The notes beneath the pieces are model-generated. The model had not been told where the DNA came from and made no database searches. It saw nothing but the letters and a program-made list of their open reading frames with translations. Positions 49,831-63,176 of a stretch of DNA of 64,000 nucleotides are shown piece by piece. The position numbers and the translations under genes were made by a program. Origin of the DNA: Octopus sinensis (Eukaryota); contig NC_042997.1 in assembly GCF_006345805.1 (NCBI RefSeq), forward strand, positions 144,274,001-144,338,000. The letters are read 5' to 3'. Within the stretch, counting starts at the first letter, position 1, and every line of letters begins with the position of its first letter.

Positions 49831-52494
49831 TTTTTCCAGCTTGTCGCCCTAATCTAACTTGATATTGGCATTAAATATCAATGTGACGTAAAACAGTATC
49901 GGATTTCATAAAATAGCTAGCTAGCGTGCAAATTTACAAGAGGACATTCAGTTCACATTCCTACATTTCATTGTGATACGTCAATAAGGAAGTGTTGTGT
50001 TGGGTCAGACTTTCTTTTGTTTTGCATCCGACAAAATATATGTACAGCCTGTTGAATTCAAGGCTACTAAGAATAACTGAACTGTGATGAACCAATTTGA
50101 GATTGGTTGATGCAATCATTTTTTGTAATAAGCTTGTCACTATGATGTAATAAGAGTAAAATTTACCTTGCTTTGGGAGGGGAAATTCCTGCAAAAATAA
50201 TTAGTGTAAATAAATTTTTTTGTTAGGTTTCCTTTGATGATTCTTAAGACTAGTTTTGTCACTTTTTTTTTATATATATATACTTGTTCTTTCTTCTCTC
50301 TCTCTCTCTCACTTAGCCATATTTAAATGCTTGAGTAAACCAATGATCAAAGGCTGTTTCAGCTGTGCCCATTCCATCCATTTTAGGATTAAGGATTATT
50401 CAGTGTCCTTTTTAAGACAGCCTGAAAGATGTGATTGAAGAGGTCTATTTTTAGCAGATTGAACAACTGCATAGAGGCTTGGTCCTATCTGCACACCTTC
50501 TGATTATACATCTGGGTATGTATATATGGGTGGTTCCACTGTTTAGGTTTATTTCCTACTAATTTAATTTGTATTGAAAACTTAGGTTTGTTTGCCAGTA
50601 ATAGTTATAGGTTAGCTATTCTTGATATTTTTCATGTAATATGGTAGGTAGTTTTTTTCCTCCTGTTAATAAATTTGATTCATAGTTAGGATTTATTTCT
50701 TGTATAAATTTTAGTTGCTGATTCCCAAATATTTTTTAGAATTTCATTTTAAACATGTAACCACTTATAAGGCATACATATGCATTCAAATCTATAACTA
50801 TTAACACCATCAAATTCCAAGAATCTGGAAACTTGGCAAAATTGTAATTCTAAGGCCCAGTAAAGTCCAAAGTGATGCACTACACTACAGAACCTTTGTT
50901 GCCTTACAAATTTTAGAAAGCTAATCCTTCATATCAAATATCTTTACTTTTTTTTTATGTTTCTTTCCCTACTGGCATGATTTGGACAAGATTTTTTTAG
51001 GAAGCATTTTTATAGCCAAAGGCTCTTCCTGTCATTAATCCTTACCTGCTTTCCATTTTTTATTCCACTTGTATTTACATGTTTGAAATTACTGAGCTAC
51101 AGGACCTATTGCTTATGGGAAACTTAAACATAACATTTACACAAGCTTTTGTATAGTTTCCATTTACCAATTTCACTTACATGGTATTGGTCATTGAGTC
51201 TTAGATATTTCCTTTGTGTCACATTAGAATAGAATCTAAGACTACATAGTTACAAAGTGAATTTCACTATCACATGACTATAACCAAGCCTTGTAAACTG
51301 TTATAAAGCAAATTATCACACAGTCTTGAATGGATTTAAATATTTCATTTTATTGAAACGTAATTACTAATTTCAGAATAAAAAAAAAAATCATTCATAT
51401 ATATTGTGTATTGGGTGAACTTGTAGTTTTTATCACTGCTCAGTAGGTTTTCTGTCATATTTCGAATTGGAATTTCTAAAGATATTCTTGATACAAATAT
51501 TGTCATATTATAGACATGCACATGTATGCACACATGCATTCATAGATATGTACACTCACATAAATAAGCACACACAAATGCATACATGCACACAAGAGTA
51601 TGTATATACAAACGTACATCTATATAATCACTAAAATTAGTTATATTACTGTCATTTTGTCAAATGTATTGCTGCTTGGAATTATTGTCTGGCTTTGATA
51701 ATACCATTCTTGTATGATTGTATAGGTTACGTGGCATCGTTAATAGAAAAATTGATTTGGTAGACTAATAAAAGGTTAAGTGGTTTCAATAAATATATAC
51801 AAAAAATCAAAAGTATGACTGTTTAGCAGATTTAAACATATTGGTCTTCATTTATCTAAAAATGCATTTTTAAGCTTTATCATCCAAATCAACATAGCAG
51901 TGAGTATAGTCATTTGTGGTTGAGTCAAGAAAATTCCAAGTCAATAGATAAATCAATCTTTTAAGGAAAATTAGATTATCTTCTATTCATCAAGATTCAA
52001 GTGATTCATAAAGAAATTACTTGTAGAGCTGCAGGGCATTGGAAAGAAGTATGCCATTTGTGGTGTATTGTTGATTGTTGCTTACTGAATGTCTAAAAGA
52101 GCTTGTTTGCACAGCTGGTTCTCCAGTTCAACACACACACACACACACACACATACACACACACAAAAAAAAAACACACACACATACACACACTCTGTTT
52201 TACTCCCATTGGATAAGGGAGAATTGCATTACCTTTCTCGTTAAGCAAACTCATTGAAAGCACAAATGCAAGGATGATTTAACAAATAGAAAAGGTTTGC
52301 TTTTTGTTTTTGCTTTTCGATTTCTAGACTTAGCTTTTGGCCAAGAGTTAAGAGTATATGTGGAGATTATAGAAACTGTGGTTCCTTATGGAGTGAATTG
52401 AAAATGATACAATGAATAGAATCAAGCAATAGATTTAAAATAGATAGCTCAGGTGCTGGAAACTAACTTCCAATTAATTTCTAATATTATTTAA

Positions 52495-52615
52495 TGTCGT
52501 TTTCCATGCTGGCATGGATTGGGTAGTTTGAAAGAAGTCGGTGAATTGTGTGTTCTAATGTCTGCTTTGGCATGGTGTCTATGGTTGAAATACCCTTCCT
52601 AATGCCATAACAATG
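52495..52615 (-). mobile_element. SINE family B 3' fragment
   Basis: TTTCCATGCTGGCATGG...ACCCTTCCTAATGCC. Confidence 0.65.
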
Positions 52616-53634
52616 GCATGAATTAGATTTACTCTTGGTTGATTTAACTACTATTAAATGTCAAATGTTTGCTTAGATGTTTAAGGACAGTCATAAGGGT
52701 CATGATGTAGAATGTAAACAAGTACTTTTTGGTGTGTAAAGTAACAAGCAAGCAATTATCAGTTTTGGACTGAATTCCTTGTGTGTTTTTTCTTTGTTCT
52801 GACTTTCTACTCTGAGCTCAAGTCTTGCTGAGGTCAACTTTTTCATTCATTCTTTAGGTCTCCATAACTTACCAGTCTTAGGTTGTCTTCGGTCACCCTT
52901 TCTTTCTTTCTTTCTTTCTCTGACATCAGCCATGGTTAGACTTGACAAGGGATGGGCTCCATCAAGTTATAAATTGCCCAAGACATTTATGACAACACCT
53001 ATTACTCTATCAGCAGCTGAAGGCCCACAGCATGGCAACAACAACCTTCATGAAATTTTTTATATTTCTACAAAAGCATACATATTTTCTGTATTTGAAT
53101 TTAATTTACCAGTGACCATAAATAATTGTATTTAGTTCTTTAAGCTTACAACTACAACTTAAAGCAGATAATTTCATTCAGTTGTCTACAAAACCTGCTT
53201 AGATTCATGTTTCTTTTACTTTTGATACACATGTTGGAGAGAAGCTTCTTTTGAGTGGTTTTTGTCTAATTTTCTGCATTCAAAGCAATTAGATCATAGA
53301 CTCTTCTGGAAAATTATTTATTGATCTGCTGAATAATAAATACCAAATGCTCAATATTTTCCATTTAGTTTTAATATTTAATTTCTTTCTAATGATTGCA
53401 CATGATATTCTAGTGACTGCAGTTAATAGTCGAAGTACAATATTGGACAGCATTTCATCTCTATAATTTACCATTTCAAATTTTTTTTTTCCTAGAGATA
53501 AACTGTTCTTATATCATTTGTATTTATGAATTTTAGATGATAGTGAATGTTTGTCTAGCTAATTATAGTATTTAAATAGACAATTGAAAATTGGTTTGAG
53601 AGTTGGCATTTTATGCATGCTGCTTTTACTTTTA

Positions 53635-53925
53635 TGTTAGTTTCAATCATTGGACTGTGGCCATACGAGGGCACACCTTGAGTTCAGTCAAATAAATCCT
53701 AATAGTTATTACATTTGCCTCGGTTTTACCAAATGATTAAGGTCTTGTGAGCTGGTGATGTAGAGGGCTTGTGAACTGGTGACATATATAAAGACATAGT
53801 ATGGAGAACATGTGCACACACACACACACACACACACACAGCCTGATGCATGTCCAAAATGTTACATTGTGTGACTGAACCTGAAACCACTTTGTTTTGA
53901 ACCAAACTTATTAATTACACAGCAG
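53635..53925 (-). mobile_element. Degenerate composite SINE A
   Basis: TTCAATCATTGGACTGTGGCCA tail; GTGACTGAACCTGAAACC head. Confidence 0.55.
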
Positions 53926-54234
53926 GGAAGTAAATGAGAATTTAGTATGGAATATTGGTTTGTCTGTTGATATAAAGCTGATTCAGTGGGTGGTATTTGT
54001 GTAAATTCTAGGGAAATAATTATTGAATCAAATAATGGTTCATTAATTGAACAGTGTTCTATATATTGAAATTGTGAGTAGCTTTTATATTTTAGTTGAA
54101 TGTAGTCCACTCGCTACTTTTCTTTCTCATCTCTTATTTGATGAGCATCATTGTTTATACTGCCGTGTGTGTGTGTGTGTGTGTGGAAAATGGCATGGAA
54201 AAGTATGTTAAATGATAATGTGTGTTTAAGGCCC

Positions 54235-54555
54235 ACTTTTTCATAGTTATATGGGTCAGTTTGAGGCAGATTTTCTTTGGCTGTTACCAACCCTCACCTG
54301 TTTCCAAACAGTTAATATTTCCTCACAACCAGGCATGTTCGTGTAGGATATTGGAAATGACACTGCTTGTATGACAGTGGCAATCATTTACAACTAAAGT
54401 GGCAATGTTAACGCACACATATATGTTTCCATTTGCCAGATCCATTCACAGGGCTTTGGTTGGCCCAGGGCTATAACAGAAGACACTCAAGGTGCCACAC
54501 CATGAGACTGAATCCAGAACCCTGTGGTTGGGAAGCAAGCTTCTTGCCACACAGA
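54235..54555 (-). mobile_element. Composite SINE: A head plus tail type 2
   Basis: TTGAGGCAGATTTTC; GGTTGGCCCAGGGCTATA; GGTTGGGAAGCAAGCTTCTT. Confidence 0.75.
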
Positions 54556-54789
54556 AGCATCACAAATACTCCAACAGTTGTCAATTTAAGGATATTTATG
54601 GTTTTGATGCCTTAAGACATTGCTACTAACTTCAATGGATTCATCTGCCAGATATGGCTGTTAGGGATTGATGCAATGGATAACACACACACAAATCTAA
54701 GAAGAAAAATGTAGTTGACTGGAACAGAAAGCATGGAAAAAATTTTATTAGAACAAAATGTATGTATGGTACATATTTGTGTGTAATAT

Positions 54790-55020
54790 GCGCAGTGCTT
54801 GTGCCATGTAAAAAGCACTACTCACCTCACTTGTGCTTTGTAAAAAGCACTAAATCCACTCTGAGTAGTTGGTGTTAGGAAGGCCTAGGAAGGGCATCCA
54901 GCTGTAAAAGTCCTCCCAAAACAGTCACAAAAGTCTGGTGCAACTTTGGTTTGGCTAGCTCTTGTGGTACTGTCACACCCATGCTAGCATGGAAGACAGA
55001 TGTTAAGCGATGATGATAGT
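54790..55020 (+). mobile_element. SINE family B
   Basis: GGAAGGGCATCCAGCTGTAAAA; CCCATGCTAGCATGGAA...GTTAAGCGATGATGAT. Confidence 0.8.
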
Positions 55021-56321
55021 CATACTGCTTATATGTAGTGTGTGTGTGTGTGTGTGTGTATACACAAACAATTCATGTTTTTGTAAAATACTGACTACTC
55101 ACTATAATATTTTTAGTTTGCTTGGGCCATGGTGTCCCATATATGACTGAAGTGTGAATCACGATCTAAAAGACTTCACTAGGTGGTGCTGTTAAGTTAG
55201 ACATGACTTGGGCCAATGCTGGCTGAAACCTATCTAAGTCATTAGCTAGATGTAATTTTCCTTTTGTTTTTATTTCTCTTGTCTCTCCCCCACCCCTGCT
55301 ACTCAATTCATATGTGTATATACTCTATACTTTGTCTTTTGTGTATTTTTGTGAAGTATATCTTTATTTTATTTTTTCTTCAAACTCTTGAGCATAGACA
55401 TGCCATGAATATCTATCCATAAATACATAGTATTGTATAATAGTCAATGACCCCTGAAGTGATGATGGATTACCATGTTACTAGTGTTTATAGATAGCAA
55501 CGTAAGTTTCTACGCACTTTAACATCACTGTGACAAAAACAAAAAACAAAAGCCCACTTGACAGGCATTGTAATTCCGGAAATTGAGTCCTGTATTTTGT
55601 TGGTTTTTATGGTAATCTCTTTATTTTAATTTAAAAAAATTTTTTTTTTATTCAATTACATTAAAAAAGAAAAACTCTTTGGTTTGTTTTCATGTAGGGA
55701 CACCAATTGGAGTCATTGTTTATGTGCTACCATACATTGTCAGAAGACAATACAGAGTATATGCATTGTACTTTGGGGAAAAAGCTTTTACTTGAAGTAT
55801 AGTGTGTGACTGACTGACTGCTATACATTCAGGAATATTAAATTACTAGCTAGCTAATGGCATTTAGTGGAAACATTTGTTAACCTATGCATTGTGCATG
55901 CATGTACATATGCATGTGCATGCATGCACATTCATACACATACATACATGCGCATATATATACTCATGCGTGCGCACTCACATATTTGGTAGAACAAGCA
56001 AGTGAAATAGAACTCAGTATATGAGTGTCTGTGTGTGTATGCATGTATACTTAATTTTTAATCAATAGAAAGTTATAGAATTAATTCAAGGGCCATGAGT
56101 TTCATTCACGGCACTTCTCAAACTCCTTATCCCTTGTCATTTAACTCTCTGCCAATTAAAAATAAAGTGTGTGTGCATGTGTATATATATATATATATAT
56201 ATATCTTCTGAAGAGCTTTGCTCGAAACATAAATCACTTTTCTTTCCTTCCCTGAGCGTCTGCTAATACTTTACATGTATCACGTTCTCATGTTTTTTGT
56301 GTTCATTTTTTAAATTTACTA

Positions 56322-56513
56322 TCATCATCGCTTAGCGTCCGCTTTCCATGGTGGCATGGGTTGGACGGTGCAACTGGGGTCTGGGAAGCAAGAAGGCTGC
56401 ACCAGGCCCAGTCTGATCTGGCAATGTTTCTACGGCTGGATGCCCTTCCTAACGCCAACCACTCCATGAATGTAGTGGGTGCTTTTTACGTGCCACCGAC
56501 ACAGGTGCCAGAC

Positions 56514-56516
<3 letters not shown>
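56322..56516 (-). mobile_element. Young SINE family B, truncated at a (TA)n tract
   Basis: By eye roughly 88-90% identical to the reverse complement of 58398-58580. Confidence 0.92.
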
Positions 56517-56552
<36 letters not shown>

Positions 56553-57559
56553 TAGTTGAAATAATACCTTTGTAGTATTGATTGCTATAGCCAGATTCTT
56601 ACTCTATGAAATGGTGCATTGCAATCGATGATCTCTCACTCACAGTGCTTACATATTCTGGTTAAGCTGAAAATGATTACTATGTAAATTCCCAAACCCA
56701 TTCTTAGGTGATTAGATGATCTGCTAATAAATTTTGTTAAAGTAATGAGCATTTCTGAGTTTCACAGTTATTGAACATAGTTTATTTTTCCCAATAAATC
56801 ATTTATATATATATAACATGCACAGAATTTTTTTTTTTTTTAGATAATTTTTCTTCTGAGTAATCATTGTAATTATTTTCCTATTAGGACAGTATTTTTT
56901 TTATACTTTTGCATATAACAGGGCTGCAATATTGCTAGCCATTTATAATTTTATTTAAAAGTAATGAAAAGGTATTATGTAATTTCTCGCCAAAGAAAAT
57001 TAGGAAATGTTTCCATTCATAATATACTGAAGTTAGTGTAAAACATACTATAAAACATGTACTATCCTATCCAGTAATTTTCATATTTTCAGTGATCTAT
57101 AGAGCATTTAATGCTTTCATTTTGCTTTCAAAGTTTACGTTGAATTATAGGTTATTTGAAAAATTGTCAAATTGTGTAGTTTTCACAAATAGATAAAACT
57201 ATTTGAAATCAATTGCAGTTATTAATCATGAAACACATCAAAAGCAGATTCTGAAGTCATTTTAAATATATAACCCATGCTTTATGAACTTTTAAATTGA
57301 CATCAGATGAAATTGAGAATTGATATATAATTGGAGATAGATTTCCCATTTTGATTTACTTTGAATATAGATGCATCAATAACATTAATATCCTTCTCTA
57401 AAGATTATACGTTCAGGGTGTTTTTCTCTAAGAAGTACATAAAATTGCTCCCCCAGTATTTTACTTGTAATTTTCTTGTAGAAAGTTGAAATTGTAAAGA
57501 GTTGAACTTTGGAACTAGATACCAAAATGTGTAAATCATTTCACCTAACACATTACTTG

Positions 57560-57597
<38 letters not shown>

Positions 57598-58251
57598 TTT
57601 GTAATATATTGATCAAAATCTTTTCATGTTTGTATTCCTTAAAATGCTTTGTAAAGCAAATATTTCAACTATTGTACAGTTGAACAAAAGCTTTTTCCCT
57701 TTTTTGCCTAAAATCACTTCCACCGCATTTCTCATTTCTTATTGTCTCTGCTCTATGAATGTAAGGGAATTATTTTTCATGTTGTAAAATAACTTGCAAG
57801 CAAACGCATCCATACAAAAACATGTAATGTATATACAAGATTTAGACACAAAGCATACGTATGGAAATAAAAGCAATACATATACTGTGTGTGCGTGTGT
57901 AATCTATTACATATTAAACACATTAAACATCTTCATTGCTTGTGCCAATTAGATCATGGAAAACACAACGGCCATTCAAATACTTCTTTGGTGTCAGTTT
58001 TCATTGCACTAATTGTGACCTGGTCACTGACATGATTCCATTGCAACTGGTTTGTGGTGAGGCTTGTAGTTATTATATCTATGGTTCAAGGTTATAAATA
58101 TTTTTTATTATGTGTAGGTTAAATGTTTTGGTTGTCATTGCTTAGTGGTCTTAATTAGTCATTTAACTTGGTATTTGATTCTAATTCATGTATCTTCACC
58201 CTATCTCAGACCAACTCACTTGCCAGACAAGTACAACTTTTATACACCATC

Positions 58252-58604
58252 TGATCGTGGCCGTTCACCAGCCTCATCTGGCACTTGTGTCGGTGGCACA
58301 TAAAAACACCATCCGAGCGTGGCCGTCTGCCAGCCTTGTCTGGCACCTGTGTCGGTGGCACATAAAAAACACCATCCGAGCGTGGCCGTTCGCCAGCCTC
58401 GTCTGGCACCTGTGTCGGTGGCACATAAAATCACCCACTACACTCTCGGAGTGGTTGGCGTTAGGAAGGGCATCCAGCTGTAGAAACACTGCCAGATCTG
58501 ACTGGCCTGGTGCAGCCTTCGGGCTCCCCAGACTCCAGTTGAACCATCCAACCCATGCTAGCATGGAAAGCGGACGTTAAATGAGGATGATGATGATGAT
58601 GATA
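58252..58604 (+). mobile_element. Young SINE family B with three 62-63-bp internal repeats and a (GAT)n tail
   Basis: GGCCGT anchors at 58259, 58321 and 58384; the tail is CATGCTAGCATGGAAAGCGGACGTTAA followed by (GAT)n; CpGs are retained. Confidence 0.95.
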
Positions 58605-58954
58605 TATATATATAAAATGTGTGTAAAACAAGGCCAAAACTTTGACATCACTCTGTGCTATTATTTAAAAATACTTTTGAACCTTGCAAAAATATAGGGT
58701 AACTGATCAGATTAATGTAAAATTATTTCAACTGAACATAAAAATGAACACACATCACATAGGAGATATATATATATATATATATATATACACCGGCTAC
58801 CTTAGAGTGGAGTGAGTGCTTTTGCATGGCATCAACAAGGTCTGTTTTCGCATTGGACCCTCTAAGTTTGATAATTGATTTATAATCATAAAAATGTTTT
58901 ATCACCATCATAATAAAACACTTAATTCTATAAGTGAGTTAACAAAATTTGAGG

Positions 58955-59160
58955 GTGCAATGCCAAAACAGACCTCACTGGTGCCATGCATACAGCACTC
59001 ATCCCAGTTTGTAAAGTGGTTGATATTAGGAAGAGGAAGGACATCCAGTCATAAAAGCATGACAAAACAGACAGGGGCACTTGGTACAGTCTTCTCCCTA
59101 GCCAGCTCTTGTCACTGTCCAACCCATGCCAACATGGAAACAGATGTTAAATGGTGATGA
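58955..59160 (+). mobile_element. SINE family B (older)
   Basis: GTCCAACCCATGCCAACATGGAAACAGATGTTAAATGGTGATG. Confidence 0.75.
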
Positions 59161-59439
59161 ATATTCATCTGGAAAGGCTTTGGTCACGTTATAATAAACA
59201 ATTTTCGTTTTGTCTTTGAATCATCAGGTTTTAAATATACATGTGTGTGTGTGTATGCATGTGTAACTTGTGTAGTTTAAATATTTTCTGAATATAGTAA
59301 ACATCCTTACAAAAAGATAATTTAACCAGTTTGAAAATTATTACACAGCAAAATGTTGTGTAATCCTAAGGAATCTAGAGTAAGACTGTTTGACTGATAG
59401 GCTGGCAGAAGTTACACAAGAATTTACTCCTTTTCTTTT

Positions 59440-59790
59440 TTTTTTTTTTTGTTCCATTTATGGATTGCCTACTCTTTGCCTTTTTTCTCCTACTCTTGTT
59501 GTGGCCCTTGCTTCTGATTTAGTTTTTTCGTATCATACTATACCACTTATGCATTCCCAACTTATCTCTCTGCTATCTCTCTGCTTTTCATCATCCACAT
59601 TATGTCCATCCCTTACCTGCATCCTGTGCAAGTCCCTTCCCAATTCATCCTTCCCAGGATGTTGGCTTTCTTGAATTCTGTTCCTGCACATTTTTCTGCA
59701 CCTGTCAACTTAAAATGTTGAACCTTAATGGCACTACTCTCACCTCTCTTAACATGACTGTAAAGGTTATAGGCTCATCTACTTCACCCA
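59440..59790 (-). mobile_element. Possible CR1-type LINE ORF2 fragment (post-endonuclease linker)
   Basis: The minus strand reads FKKANILGRMNWEG...MWMMK, resembling the CR1 F-R-K-A-N-F...I-D-W-E...M-W linker; stops are present. Confidence 0.4.
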
Positions 59791-62139
59791 AACTAAATAT
59801 AAGTTTGATCTAATAACTTCAATAAACCTTTAAATTAGGTTTAGATCATTGATGTGGTTATGTGCTTTGATAAAATATGCAGATTACTTCTTAGAAATCA
59901 TTTATTCAGCTTTTGTCTTTATTACTTAGGGTTTTTTTCTTTTCTTTTTAATCTCAAAGTAACTGATTTTCTGGATGTTATAGAAGCAAATTTTTCCTAT
60001 GATTCCTGACAACTTCTGTAAATAATCAAATCAATTATTGGAAAGATAAACAATTTAAGTGTTTATATTTGAAAACTAAAATCCATTAGACACTATGAAA
60101 AAATTAAATTCTTTTGGAGTAGTACTTTTTTTTAATTCTGAAGAAAATATAAAAAGGTAAAAAAAAAAAACTATCAGCAAAAATTCTCATCAATCTTTCA
60201 TATTTACATCATTTATTCACTCGTCTTATTTCATCAGAATTGCCTAGATATTTTTGGTTTTTACTTTTTATCTGTAAATCATCAAACATGAACAATACTT
60301 AAGTATAATATTCGTTCTTTTCAATTTCATTTCATCACATGTTGTTTTGCTTAATATTCTTACTTTGTTTCAAGCACATAATATGTATTGATTTAACTCT
60401 CTCAAGTGTTGGCTGTATTTTATAAAATGCCTGGTTTGTATTAGCTAAGCCGTTGTGGGATGTATTTACTCAATGCATTTACCAGCTGAGAAACTTGCGT
60501 ATTCTCTTCGCTATTGATAATTGTTTTTTCCCTTGTTAGATTAATAAATTTCATAACGTAACACTTAGACACACACTCACATACACTCCATATGGTTTTT
60601 TTCATAAATTTCAAAAGCATGTTTGCATGTTGAATAGGCTAAAATTCCGATGTTTTTCCTCTTTCTGTTGATTTTCATGAGATGTTAGTGGGGAGATTGG
60701 GGAAAAGTTAGAAATTCTGGCATTTTCAACATAACTGGAAAATCTTTCCCAACTGAATTAGAGCCTTTTTTTCTCTCCCCCCTCCATGATATTTAATAAC
60801 CAACTGATTGTCTTTTTGTTTGTCTTTAGTAATACAAAGAATCCAAAATAGCATATATTCTTTTCCCTTAGCATATTCTTAAGGATATTTGTAGATTATT
60901 AAAGGCTTTGGATACAGTCCTACTGGTTTTAATTTCACAGAAATTGTTGCAAACTTAGTTTACATTATTTTTTCATTCTTTATGACTTTTGCATATTCTT
61001 TACATTTCTTGCCAGCAAATGTTTGAAGAGCAGTTTTACATTTTCTTTTCACAATCTTATCTTTTCTTGTCTGTTATGATTTGGTTACGAGTAAAAAGTA
61101 TAAAATTATGCAGAAAAAGGTTTCATAGAAATATCTGAGTATGAAACAGAACTAATAGAAGTTTCTAGAGTCAGTAATTATAATTTGCTATAAGAATTTT
61201 GTGTTCTTGTTCAAAATTTTATTTTTTTTTTTTTTTCTGTAATTTTGAAAAATATATTTGTAAATAATTTTCCTACTTTGTTTTTAATGCTCTCTCTTCC
61301 CTTCCTTCATTTTTCTCCTGTTGACTTTACAATTGACTCAGTGAATTTATTGACACTGAATCCCTTTCAAATTACCTTCTTGCTTGTCTTTTCTCCATTC
61401 TGCAACAATTCAAATTAAATATTTAATCATGCTAACATCAGCCTAAAAGATAGTCTACATGCACTCACTTGCTCACTCCTCTCTGGACTCTTTAAACTAC
61501 GGAAATGATGATGTAGACAAGTGATGAAAATGACTGATTTATATTGAAGACTTACAATTTTGAGAGAAGGGTCAATTGGTACTATAGATCCTAGTACTTT
61601 ACTGTAAAGAGATGGAACAAACATTGCATGGCATTTTTCTGGCACTCTAATTTTTCCAGCTCAATGCCTTAGAATATAAACTGTGATATTTGATCTTCAA
61701 CCCTAAGTTAGGCATGTAATGAATCTGTTTATTTTCTTTGCGTCTTGACTTAAAATATGCATTTTTTCCCCTTAACATTATTTCGTATAAATTTAGTGAC
61801 CTAATACTGAGAATAATTGAACAAAATAATTGTTGTCTTTGACTCAGTTTCTGATATAATCTAAGGAGTAACCCATTTCCTGTTATTACAAGTGGTGTTA
61901 CTCTGAATTATGTCATTTGGCTTATGAATTTTTTTTTTTTTTTTTGATTAATTGAAGAAATATTTTGATTAGAGATTAAGTAGAATTTTATTTGTGTTTG
62001 TGTGCATGCTTCTACTTCATGCATGCACACACTCATACAGACTGTTCTAAATTTGAAGTTTTTACACATGAAATGCCTTTAATTAAACTTCATGTTATTT
62101 AAGTGTACTTTCATAAAAGTAGTACATGCACTTGATCAC

Positions 62140-62670
62140 TTAAGCGTTCACTTTCCTATGCTTGCATGGGTTAGATGATTTTATTGAGGCAGATTTTCTC
62201 TGGTTGGATGCCCTTCCTCTTGCCACCCCTTATTCCGCTTCAAGCAAGGTAATATTTTCCCATGCCCAAACATGTTTTTGCAGAATATTTGAACTGAATG
62301 GCTTTGATTTATTAGCAATCATGTGATGTCAGCCTAAGGATGGTCACATACATGCGTGCACACACACATACATTGACATAATAATTGTAAATGTCATGCA
62401 TTTCCCTTATCCTGTGAAAGCTGATTTGACCATGAGAAAATATTACTTAGCTTGGAAACAGGTATTGAGTTCTTCAGTTCAATATTAAACTATATATAAA
62501 CTTGGTGCATGCATGCAAATGGGTTTCTTTAAGTTTGTCTACCCAATCCACTCATAATGCTTTGGTTGGCCTGTAGCTATAGAAGACACTTGCCCAAAGT
62601 GACTTGCAGTGGAACTGAACCTGAATCCATGTAGTTGTGGAAGTGAACTTCTCAGCCATGCCTGTGTCTA
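62140..62670 (-). mobile_element. Composite SINE: A head plus tail type 2
   Basis: CATGCTTGCATGGGTT-like tail, GGATGCCCTTCC core and AGAAGACACTTGCCCAAAGTG head. Confidence 0.8.
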
Positions 62671-63131
62671 TATAGCTATGTATTTTTATTATAGTATTGA
62701 AATATATTAGTCATGTGTGTGATAGCTAGACATGTTGGCAGGAAACACATGAAAATATGTATATTTGTAGTTTTTGATAGATGCGAATTCTTAAACAAGC
62801 TTTTTTTTTTTTTTTTTTTTTTTGTGGGGTGAGGTTGGTTCTTGCCAGAATTTTTAAAGTGTTGCTTAGTTTATTTCATTTAAAAAAAAAAAATTATTCT
62901 TCTATTTCCAACTTGATCAGAAACTTAACACAGCTCCTTGAAATATTGGTATTTCTAGTTCATACATTTTTCTTTCTGTTTTGCTTCAACGAGAATAACT
63001 CTTTGAACTTCTGTCATGCATCAAGCAACTGTAAATTTACTTGATTTTTCTCAAGCATTCTATTAAGTTCAGTTATACTAGTTATTGATTTCATTGACAT
63101 GGTGCTGTTTTTGTTTTGTTATTTTTTTCAG

Positions 63132-63176
63132 CCTCCATTTTAGGACATGTAGTTCATTACCTGTCATCAATATTAG
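63132..63176 (+). other. Candidate 45-nt cassette exon
   Basis: Strong acceptor TGTTTTTGTTTTGTTATTTTTTTCAG and donor TAG|GTAATC. Open in phase 1 (SILGHVVHYLSSIL) and phase 2 (LHFRTCSSLPVINI). Confidence 0.3.

Noticed and set aside
58259-58430. CRISPR-like repeat array
   Set aside because: The units are contiguous tandem repeats with no unique spacers, there are no cas genes, and the context is eukaryotic.
58188-58580. Longest ORF (130 aa) with internal repeats
   Set aside because: It is explained by the 62-63-bp sub-repeats of a GC-rich SINE; several overlapping frames are open for the same reason.
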